A program made the position numbers and the translations under genes. From an uncultured virus (IMG/VR IMGVR_UViG_3300020477_000020) (taxonomy: Duplodnaviria > Heunggongvirae > Uroviricota > Caudoviricetes), in IMG/VR virus record IMGVR_UViG_3300020477_000020: DNA of 64,000 bases; one strand, given 5' to 3'. How positions within the stretch are numbered: the stretch's first letter is position 1; each line of letters starts with the position of its first letter. The notes under the pieces are model-generated. The model saw nothing but the letters and a program-made list of their open reading frames with translations. It did no database searches and was not told the DNA's origin. Of the stretch, positions 39,101-46,600 are shown one piece after another.

Positions 39101-42100
39101 AACCACGTTTTAGTGTATGTTTTATTGTAACTTCTGTTTGCTGCAAAACCACCAAAGAACACTTGACCAACATATGTCTTAACATAATCCTTATTCCAGT
39201 TGGTTCCTGTAGGTGTATAGTTTCCATAAAAAACACCATTAGCATTCAACCATGAACCATAATACACAGGACCAAGATATGTTGCAGCATATCCTTTAAT
39301 GTAATCTCTCAACCAAGACTTGGTCCATACCTTAGTATAATCAACTGAATAATCTTTGTTATAGTCTGCACTATAAATCTTACCCCAATCTCTCGACCAT
39401 GCCTTTTCCCAAACCTTTGTATAAGCAGCTGAATATGCTTTGGTGTATACTGCATCATAGGTTTTATCATATGCTTTGACCCAGTTTTTAGTATACGTTT
39501 TAACCCAATTTTTAGACCAGATTTTAGTATACGTTGCATCATAATTCTTTGTATACACAGCATCATAAGCCTTAGTCCACACGGATGTAAATATACCACC
39601 GTATACTTTAACATAATCTTTCGACCAGACCTTTGTATACAGCGTTACCCAATCTTTGTTGTATACTGCATCATAGGTCTTATCGTATGTTTTAGCCCAA
39701 CTAGCTTCATATGCTTTTGTATAATCTTTCTCCCAGGCTTTGGTATAATCTCTATTCCACAACCCAGCAGTGTAAACCTTGTCCCAACTTTTGAGGTATG
39801 TACCAACATAGTTTTTTAGATACTCTGTTGTATATGTCTTGGTCCAGTTCTTTTCATACGTAGCAACATAATCCTTTTGCCAGATTTTTGTCCAGTCTTT
39901 GTCATATGTTTTTAACCAATCTTTAGTATATGTTTTGACCCAGTTCTTTTCATACGTACCAACATAGTCTTTGTCGTATGTTTTATCATATGCCTTAACA
40001 TAGTTTTTGTCATATGTTGTTATCCAATCTTTGGTATATGTCTTAACCCAGTTTTTGAGATAATCCTTGTCCCACGTCTTTGTATAAACTGCACCATAGT
40101 TTCTTTGATATGCAGCACCTTGCCATATCTTAGTGTATGCTCTATCATAAGATGCCTCGTATGCCTTAACCCAGTTCTTATCATAGGTTGCAACATAGTC
40201 TTTTTGATAATCAACAACGTAGTCCTTTAACCAATTCTTGGTGTAAGTCTTAACCCAGTTTTTATCATAAGCAGCTACATAATCTTTTTGCCAATCCTTA
40301 ACAAAGAAGTTAGTCCCTTCGAAGAATCCAACGCTAGTTGCTGTGCCTGTCCAACCACCAAGATAAGCAGAGAATCCAACACCCAATCCTCCGTAGTCTT
40401 TGTTCCAAGCTGTTTCCCATGTTTTGGTATATACAGCATCATATGTCTTTAGGTAATCCTTTTCCCAAGCCTTTGTCCAATCTTTATTATAAACTGCTGT
40501 ATAATCTATCGACCAAGACTTTTCATAATCTTTACTCCACGAACCTTCCCATGCTCTTGTGAAGTCAATATTTCTAGTACCATTAGGACCAGCATAAAAC
40601 ACACCACCAGAACCTGCTCGATACGAACCCCAAGCAACAGCCGATGTGTATATTTTATTATACGTTGCTGACCAGCTACCTGTGTATAATTTGGTATAAG
40701 TTTTTGACCAAACTTTTGTATAAGCAGCGCTATATACAGCATCATATGCCTTTGTCCAAGCTCTCTCCCATGACTTGGTATAATCTGCATTAAACCCTTG
40801 TAGATATGTCTTTGTAAATGTCTCAGATGGTACGTATGCTTTAACCCAATTTTTTGTAAACGTACCAGGTCCAGATGGTCCAGTACCAACATAAGCAGCT
40901 ACATAATCTTTGTGGTAGCTTCGAGGACCAGCAAACGATGGTCCCTCACCTTGATAGAACTTATCGAATGTAACAAAAATGTTACCATCACCATCAACAT
41001 AAGCTGACATTCTAAATGAATTTTCAGCAATGCCTCTATATACACCAGTGTATAGTGTTTCTGACCCTTCAAATGATTGGAATGAGGTATAGTTTCTAGT
41101 ACCAACATAATGAGCAACGTAATCCTTAACATATGATTTTGTTGCTGGCTTATAGAACAATACAGCGTCAAATGTTGCATTATAATCAGCAACACCAGCC
41201 CAACTCTTTGCATAATGTTTTTCATATGCTACTTCAGCGCTATAATCTCTAGCACCAATAAATGTTCCATCCCAATTACGAGCACCAACATATTCTTTAT
41301 TGAAGTATCCAGTGAAATTATGAGTACCAGTATATGACTCTGTACCAGCATATGCTTTGTCAAAGCTAGCTGCACCGGTATAGTAAACACTATCAGCACC
41401 TAGGTATGACTTCATTCCTGTGTATGCTTTGGTGTAAAAAGCTGTACCAGCAAACTGAGGAGTAAATGCATGCGTTCCTTCAAAGTCTCTTGTGTATGCT
41501 TTTACATACTGAGCTACACCAGCAAACTCTTTAGTAAACCTTCCTAAGTTTAGTCCTGTAAATGATTGTTCTGTCCCAACATACTCTTTCGTGTAGAACA
41601 CTCCTGGTGAGTCTCCAGTAAAGAAAGCAAGGCGTGTTGTTCCTGTATACGTTGCTGACTCAACAACATCACTTCCATAAGCTCTTGCACCCAAATACGT
41701 TTTAAGATATAAGGTATCAAAGTTTGCTGGTGCTGAATATGTTTTTGAATAAGCCACGAATGGAACAAAACCATTCCAATTTGGAGCATATCCAGTTGCT
41801 GCTCCAACATAACTCTTGGAATATGTTGCACCCTCGTATGTGGCGTCGGCTGCAAAGCTAACGACGCTTGTATACGCAGTAGAAGCCGAATAAACGCCGG
41901 TATAATCTTTAAATATGTTTGCGGCCGCAAAGATACCTGACCACATAGCAGCCTTACCAACATATGTAGCAGTATAATCAGCTTCGTAAGTTTTCGTATA
42001 CGTTATTGCATAATCAGCAACCCATCCTTGTTCATAGATTGCTGTATATGTTCCGGTTGATCCAACCCAATCTTTGCTATATTGTTTTGTCCACTCTTTA

Positions 42101-42486
42101 GACCAATTAGCATTATAATCTTTTTCCCAAGCCTTTGTCCATACTTTATTATACTCATGTTCATGAGCATACTCTTTCTTATAACCTGTTTGGGAATTTG
42201 TATATTTTCTTGTACCAACAAAGTTCTTGGCATATACGGATGTCTCCGATGTCCAGTTTTTGTTGTACAATGTGAATTTTTGATACGTGGATGTAAATGT
42301 ACCCATCCACGATAAAGGACCCTCTGTTCCACCAGCATATTGGCCTAGGAAGCCATTATAAAACCCTGCAAATTCTGTGTTATACGCAATAAGGGGATCG
42401 TGAGCTCTTTCAGTTCTAAAGGAAATCTGAAAATCTCTAAATGTTCCCGTAGTCGTATTTGCGTATGACCTTGTGACAGATGCCAT
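33184..42486 (-). CDS. giant 3100-aa repeat protein, putative fibre/adhesin
   Basis: Single uninterrupted 9.3-kb ORF; aromatic residue every 4th position; glycine-rich adhesin-like segments in the centre and at the C-terminus; lies among fibre genes. Confidence 0.8.
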   Translation of the reverse strand: MASVTRSYANTTTGTFRDFQISFRTERAHDPLIAYNTEFAGFYNGFLGQYAGGTEGPLSWMGTFTSTYQKFTLYNKNWTSETSVYAKNFVGTRKYTNSQTGYKKEYAHEHEYNKVWTKAWEKDYNANWSKEWTKQYSKDWVGSTGTYTAIYEQGWVADYAITYTKTYEADYTATYVGKAAMWSGIFAAANIFKDYTGVYSASTAYTSVVSFAADATYEGATYSKSYVGAATGYAPNWNGFVPFVAYSKTYSAPANFDTLYLKTYLGARAYGSDVVESATYTGTTRLAFFTGDSPGVFYTKEYVGTEQSFTGLNLGRFTKEFAGVAQYVKAYTRDFEGTHAFTPQFAGTAFYTKAYTGMKSYLGADSVYYTGAASFDKAYAGTESYTGTHNFTGYFNKEYVGARNWDGTFIGARDYSAEVAYEKHYAKSWAGVADYNATFDAVLFYKPATKSYVKDYVAHYVGTRNYTSFQSFEGSETLYTGVYRGIAENSFRMSAYVDGDGNIFVTFDKFYQGEGPSFAGPRSYHKDYVAAYVGTGPSGPGTFTKNWVKAYVPSETFTKTYLQGFNADYTKSWERAWTKAYDAVYSAAYTKVWSKTYTKLYTGSWSATYNKIYTSAVAWGSYRAGSGGVFYAGPNGTRNIDFTRAWEGSWSKDYEKSWSIDYTAVYNKDWTKAWEKDYLKTYDAVYTKTWETAWNKDYGGLGVGFSAYLGGWTGTATSVGFFEGTNFFVKDWQKDYVAAYDKNWVKTYTKNWLKDYVVDYQKDYVATYDKNWVKAYEASYDRAYTKIWQGAAYQRNYGAVYTKTWDKDYLKNWVKTYTKDWITTYDKNYVKAYDKTYDKDYVGTYEKNWVKTYTKDWLKTYDKDWTKIWQKDYVATYEKNWTKTYTTEYLKNYVGTYLKSWDKVYTAGLWNRDYTKAWEKDYTKAYEASWAKTYDKTYDAVYNKDWVTLYTKVWSKDYVKVYGGIFTSVWTKAYDAVYTKNYDATYTKIWSKNWVKTYTKNWVKAYDKTYDAVYTKAYSAAYTKVWEKAWSRDWGKIYSADYNKDYSVDYTKVWTKSWLRDYIKGYAATYLGPVYYGSWLNANGVFYGNYTPTGTNWNKDYVKTYVGQVFFGGFAANRSYNKTYTKTWLLATAYDKLWEKAYTKNFDKDYTKVYTKIWTKTYSKDWGKVWTALYNKTYDAVYNKDWNKDYTKIWTKAWEKDYVADYNKDYVANYDAVYTKIWAKDYTKVWEKTYEGAYGAAWEKNYVKEYTTTYEKAWSAAYTKVWTAAWVKNYETNYEKVYTKNYDAVYTKTYAEGVDYTKSWVAAYDKDWVKTYTKDWNKDYTAAYDKNWVKDYDQIYVGTYIKNWVTDYNKDYVAAYDKNWVKTYTKEWQKDYVKTYTKNWVVDYNKDYVANYVKTYTTTYDKVWQGDVLGTFEGTYTKLWTKDWNKTYEKSYAALYTKIYTSAVNWGSYQNSGGVFYAGPRGARNVDFTKTWEKSWVKAYVKTYTTTYSKDYVGAYIGSVPGDWSTDYVKAWLKNWEKDYVGSYDKNWVKTYTKNWVKDYITTYDKDYVGTYQKNWVKEYTKDYAGPVSWTAAYSGVASYEVTRQKPFTPTYTGDQDFAQGYKGTLDTHTPYSGTTSFVGPTTGEMSTDAPRVQIKYEDNWEVIKKLHVVQNNAFKEVRTGFVKTGSEWKAFHIGYKHVNINLNSNESTGIIAQSAAGLGRGATTIDGKVTYFVNNLNLRNYLVDRGDDPDNIPHLVTITVGEDDVTSKNFIFGSQDDSEASIDLSTMVKPTVNVVGSVQSEISHLVKIVVKPSGYVIGKGGTGGNAFTAARGVGLSGTDGGNAIKTANTVELFIENYGIIGGGGGGGGAGGITDPYSTPTGTYTKTYTGPSYQGTTGNVDFARDYAVNYSGTFEGDRAFLRTSFERTAGFGAAFVGGFGGSFVRDYSKAYSGGSFVGSTGTTYQGGNAPIFYGGDSNTPGAWSPVGTAFNKLLFFGGFSGLEPYIGSFVGGTYTGTAQTYIRNWQKNFDITYERSAGFTGAFVGAFTGAEAAYRGSFLNYVGDYQKDYQKDFGGAASFVRDVDGESYVGFAGAATNFVKHFVGSGTGDVFATTYSDSFVKGYQRSFEGTQFTRVTAVNFTGAYSQIYTGSFVGEYGKNYVPTYTATWGTNFAKDFASTGISTFVGTTGSFTGTGTVNYETNFTVEYSRAYEPTTISSSFDKAYESSFIRTDGFTGNFQEQYIGTYTKSYSKLFGGVVASGFVTYSGASSDFNATAGFSGALDYQKIYAPTFVESYSRQAFAGSFSNIFTTLAFDGDSYAHTYVDSDSVASYTGNFTATYAKTYEKVWSASYDGSFTNDLTGAVRGYTISGFSGPYRQERTSPEVDLFWSGSPYVDMFEKTYEKIWTGLKDVETVFTKTYHGTSAVFYPRTYVFEDDSTGDFRSFTKGWQAHESRAYTKEYTGNVEELKNYAAQYTKSWHGPGTRYTGSTGPFTKDWTASYIKNYAKSWEGAAYSKDWDVTGTFVKDWTGTYSSVRSFVSYQRASFDGTAFGKTYSSFAVYRTQETQFAGDWSKQWAKEFNVNFGSSVVNYAAGGATDYSATYAAFYGQLFAGEFGKDYNVNYSGAYIKDFTNEFVGSTFTGAFTKNWNITFTNSWLKTYGRESVASYTLGTFEGTYQTSFLPLEYIKAFIGSWTGTYVKNYGVFEKLYANQNWDSSWQRGYPGAYINTGFEGLPTFTAAYVGSSGTFLKDWVGATGFESYGAIQTTYEGNTATTYQGGAGNFEGRNYVSVAYQQGRFQAGFGDSYTQTFSTTFNDEYARGYDAQAFSGFTDWTKTYAKDYAITSVGAFTKAWGATYSKNWVATYTKDWQKIFARTYQVTATYNDELFYGSYARNWLGAYRGTFDTSFQGQLYVGNYVEIFYGGFSRLYASYTGTIDYNKDFVTNFTTNYSKDWAREYADASSYLTTYEKQFAGSYAKDYQGTAYQGDITVSYLGVVETSGTAGSGGAGFQVGRTGTTGAPVAHLHIEPGDGGLLNGGKMGKPKIEFGHTKVNGGIGGNLGNMGSGGGEHYQRKTRYAQSGDGGLPGAAIKGYNANFVTFIHTGNVLGDPQFKYVT
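37750..40900 (-). repeat. degenerate 12-bp / tetrapeptide tandem repeat array ([YW]-x-K-[DTNA])
   Basis: Example: WVKT YTKN WLKD YVVD YQKD YVAT YDKN WVKA; weaker copies extend through most of the gene. Confidence 0.9.
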
Positions 42487-42497
42487 TTAGAGAATCC

Positions 42498-42797
42498 TTA
42501 ACTAAAAGTTTGGTACCAGATATCTCCGTTTGCACCACCAGTAGGAGTCGACGTGCTTACAAATATAGTTTGATTCGACATAGCAGTATTAGCCGCCGCT
42601 TCAAAGTGGATTGATGTAGCCTGAATTTCGTTGGTTGTTATTGTGTTTATTAGACCTCGACTAGAGACATTTGTACTTGTGGTATGGGTGGTATTACCAA
42701 AAGTAGTCCCGTTTGTGATTCCAACATCTGGTAGCGTCGATGTTTGTACGTTAGCTGTACTATTAACAATCGTGACACCATTAACTTTAAGAGGCAT
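42498..42797 (-). CDS. small fibre-associated virion protein (99 aa)
   Basis: Thr/Asn-rich; C-terminal STSTPTGGANGDIWYQ motif typical of phage fibre segments. Confidence 0.6.
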   Translation of the reverse strand: MPLKVNGVTIVNSTANVQTSTLPDVGITNGTTFGNTTHTTSTNVSSRGLINTITTNEIQATSIHFEAAANTAMSNQTIFVSTSTPTGGANGDIWYQTFS

Positions 42798-43455
42798 CTG
42801 TTCCCTCCAGCTTCTCTACTCTTTGTGATAGTTCTTTAATGGCTTCCAACAGAAGAGGAATTAAAGATTGATACTTGACTGAAAGATGTCCGTTACCATT
42901 TTCTTTCACAAGGAAAGGTAGCTCTTCAATAACTTCTTGAGCAATAACACCTAAGTCTGTTTCACCATCTTTAGCATCGTCTGTATTCCACTTAAACATA
43001 TAGCCATTTATCTTTTGACAAACCTCGAGAGCATTCTCCATCTTCTTGAGATCTGTTTTAAGAGTTATGTCAGATGAGTAACTAGCTTCAACATCACCAA
43101 AAGCTCTAACGTTGTTGAAGTAGCCATTTCCCCATGCCTTTGATTCAGAACCAAATTCTAACGTAAGGTTAGCTGTTGGTGCTACATTCGAGGAAATATC
43201 TAACTGAGCAGCTGTAGATGTCGTACCTCCACGGAGAGCATCAATAACTGTTGCGGTATTAGCAGTAAATGTTCCGTTAATGTAAGAGTTACCAGAAACC
43301 TGTCCATAATTGGTTGTGTTTGGTTGGGCAACATCAGCAGCAGTCAACACAATAGTAGCTTGATCGTAGACGAGTTGATTTGTTCTTTCAATCCACTCAC
43401 CAAACGTATCCGTTACTATTGTGACATTAGCTCCATTATATGCTGTTTTTGCCAT
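42787..43455 (-). CDS. short fibre protein with C-terminal intramolecular chaperone (peptidase S74-like)
   Basis: N-terminal DTFGEWIERTNQL; SSDITLKTD autocleavage site, GVIAQEV, VKYQSLIPLLLEAIKEL coiled coil. Confidence 0.8.
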   Translation of the reverse strand: MAKTAYNGANVTIVTDTFGEWIERTNQLVYDQATIVLTAADVAQPNTTNYGQVSGNSYINGTFTANTATVIDALRGGTTSTAAQLDISSNVAPTANLTLEFGSESKAWGNGYFNNVRAFGDVEASYSSDITLKTDLKKMENALEVCQKINGYMFKWNTDDAKDGETDLGVIAQEVIEELPFLVKENGNGHLSVKYQSLIPLLLEAIKELSQRVEKLEGTDAS

Positions 43456-43456
43456 C

Positions 43457-43687
43457 TTACTTCCTTATTAACTCGTGCAATAGACTTTTGATTTCCTGCA
43501 TGTCGTTTTTTAATTCTTCAACATCACGTACAACATTTTGTGCCTTAGACTTCTGATGAAGTAGAGCCTCACGTCTATGCATATACGAATGATACTCATT
43601 GACATCTTTATTTATAAGACCCATACTCGACATATCTCTGTCGAATGAGGGATTGTCAGATTTAATACGCATTAGATTGTCAGACAA
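43457..43687 (-). CDS. hypothetical coiled-coil protein (76 aa)
   Basis: RDMSSMGLIN...VEELKNDMQEIKSLL; typical small gene following a VrlC-like protein. Confidence 0.7.
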   Translation of the reverse strand: MSDNLMRIKSDNPSFDRDMSSMGLINKDVNEYHSYMHRREALLHQKSKAQNVVRDVEELKNDMQEIKSLLHELIRK

Positions 43688-46600
43688 ATTGCACGATAAT
43701 CATAGAGCTCTGGTGGGGTAAATGCTTGGCTTGATAACATTACAATTTTAAATTGCACTTGATTGTATCCAGTCACTCTATTGCCTCCACTGTTAAAGTA
43801 AGTCAATACACCATTACGCATTGGATCCTTAAATGCGGTTCGTAACCCTGCCGATCCAACTTCTTGAACCTTGGCGCCTCGTTGGTCAAACTCCATTTCT
43901 CTTTCCAGAACAATTACTGTACTGTTAGCGCTTGCAACTCTTTCTAGTTGGAAGAACACATTTGCTGAGAACTCATCCTGACAAATCTTAACAAGATCAC
44001 CAGCTGCTATTCCAGCGCCAGAAGGACTTACACCAGTTGCAACCAACTCTTTTGAACCAACAACTGCATCTACAGCACCATCTATGAACGTGGCATTCTG
44101 AGGTGTATGTGGTAAGTTGAATTCGTAATCTGCAATGTCAAGTTTGTTAAGTTCATCTGTATCTTGATCAAACAACATATCCAACTTAGTCCAGTTTGCC
44201 GTCTCTAAAGGTTCAGGATCAAGTTCAGATGAGAACTTAGCATAAACCTCAACATTAGCTGCTCCAGGCTTAGCAGCTGTTAACAAGAATTTCAGATCTT
44301 CTGCAGCAAAAGATGTTTCTAAGTTAAACACTTTTGAAACAAATTTAGCAGTTGCATTACCACCCTCTGGATCATGCTCATTAGTACTATCATTGTTGAT
44401 TATATTTTGATAAGCAACAACATCAAAGGTAACATGATCAACTACAGGAGACATATGACCTTCAGATGTATTCAACTCCAACTTAATTCTTAGTGATTTA
44501 CTATCAGGTTGGTTTGAATGGGATCTAATAATATGATCCTCTTTTAAGAAGTTTCTTTGATTGAGAGGATATGCCTTCAGGTCTGTTTGACCAGTAGCCG
44601 CATTTGCAACCATTGTCTGCGTTACTTTTGTACCAGCTGGGTTAAGAACATACGATAAGTTGTCAAAATAATGGAACGTATAGTCATCGACGGATGTAAG
44701 TGATGCGTTTGCATCAGATGTCTCACCAATAATAATATCACCAGCTGAGAATTTAACTGACGAGTTAGCAGACGATTCATCTAATATAATTGTATTGCCT
44801 TGGTCTGTAACCTTTTGCTGATATACTGTTCCAGTTGCTACCTCATAAACATATGTGTTTGGTGAAGACGTTGACGCAAACGATGGGAATCCTTTTAGAT
44901 CCATGTGAGTAGCATTTGTTACCGACTGAACTTGTTTGACATCGTGTGAACTTCCATTTGAAAGAAGAATATACTGGCCAGCTGTTATTGATGTATTAAA
45001 TGATGTACCAACACCCGTTACTTCACTATTTGTTGTACTAAATGTGACATTACCAGCAAGGTTACCAGAACTATAACCAGCAGTAGTTGTGTTGCCAAAT
45101 TTAAATACTTTCTCACCAGCTAAGAATGCACCATTCATAGAGTTTGCAGACATAAACTCAATGTTACTGTTTCTAAACTCTACCGAACCCTCAAATGGTG
45201 AGAAGTCTGCCATATACAATGTATATTTTAGATCTTCATGTGGTAACGGTGTCCAGTTTCTCAAATTATTAGATGCGTAGAAGAAACCTTCGTGTAAATC
45301 TTTAGTTGATATTTTTGTTGGAGTTGCAACATCTGGTTGGCCAACGGTATGCGTCCAACATTCATATAACGGTGTAGACCCATCTGTTAATATTCGTATT
45401 GCATATGTCTTGTTTGCTCTAAGGAATACTAGTCCACTAAACTCAAAAGTAGTAACTGCTGTTGCATCGGTACTGGTAGCAACATCTTCAGGTCTTTTAT
45501 GTACTTTTGTAAATGGTACCACTTTATCAGTAGGAACGTGGTTAACAGTCTCTACTAGCTCAACAATAACACCCATTAATGGATCTTTTTGAGCAAAGTA
45601 TAGATCGATCTTAGATACAAATACACCTTCTTGTGATTCGTTATCTGGTCGGCTAAGAACGACACCATCATCATTAACTGTCTCTCTTGGTGTACCATCA
45701 AGCGTTGAATTGTTGTTTCTGGAAGGACCAAAGCTCCTAGGAGGCTTAACAAAGAATGTTTGAGCTAATGGATCTCCGCAATCTCCATCATCTCCATCTG
45801 CCTGATCTCCATCACCATCATCATCTTGAGATATGAAACCAGCAAATTGTGATGTTACTGATTGGCCAACAACAAGACTTCTATTCTCAATTGTATTTTC
45901 TGTTTCAACAAGAACATCTGAGACTCTTCTCTTATCAAAGTTAACATTACGTAATGTTAACTCAGAGCTACCCATATCAATACCAAAGTTACTTGAGTTA
46001 TGAGTACCAATAGCAAATGAGTTGGGTTGTTTTTCAACCGAACTATATGATGGTTGATTCATTGCTACAATTTCATTAGTACCAACTTTAAATGTTTGAG
46101 GTGGAATATGTAATTGTACAAAAAGCTCACCACGGTTATTTGATCTTAGAGTAGCACCCTTAACATCAGTTGGCTCAAAATCTTCATGTGTAAATGTTCC
46201 ACCAGACGACAAAGCAGCGTCTCTAACAGTACATGGTCTGCAATGCTCATCAACATTTTGTTTATCAAAGAATACATGATGGCGTGTTGATGGCTTAACA
46301 CCTACAAAGTACAACGATATCGTTTGTTCTCTCATAAAGGGCTCAACCCTTATATCTCTAACAAACGAACCCATGTTAATAGTGTCAAACGTTTCAACAC
46401 TATCAAGAACATTCCTGGAATTTGTAGTAGTTGTAGTTGTTTCTACTGCAAGTGTTTCGTTTAGGATTGTATTAGTAATCTGTTGGTTGAATAAACCATT
46501 GCCTCGTTGAACTTGACTTGAACTGGAAGATGTGGTTGTCATTGACGACATTACTTCTTCAATTCGTGATACCTGCACTTCACTTGATGGCTGCTGGAAA

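Noticed and set aside
38055..40660. Diversity-generating retroelement TR/VR pair
   Set aside because: Both copies are in-frame within one gene, the differences are not adenine-specific, and there is no reverse transcriptase in the window
37750..40900. CRISPR array or non-coding tandem repeat
   Set aside because: The repeats are degenerate 12-bp units in one open frame that conserve amino-acid class; there are no identical repeats with unique spacers
33229..42338. Many 60-224-aa alternative-frame ORFs inside the giant gene
   Set aside because: Ile/Leu/Met-rich shadows of the biased repeat codons; no RBS or domain features
33184..42486. Ice-nucleation protein identity
   Set aside because: Lacks the AGYGSTxTA 8/16-mer consensus; the period is 4 with Lys/Asp and Trp
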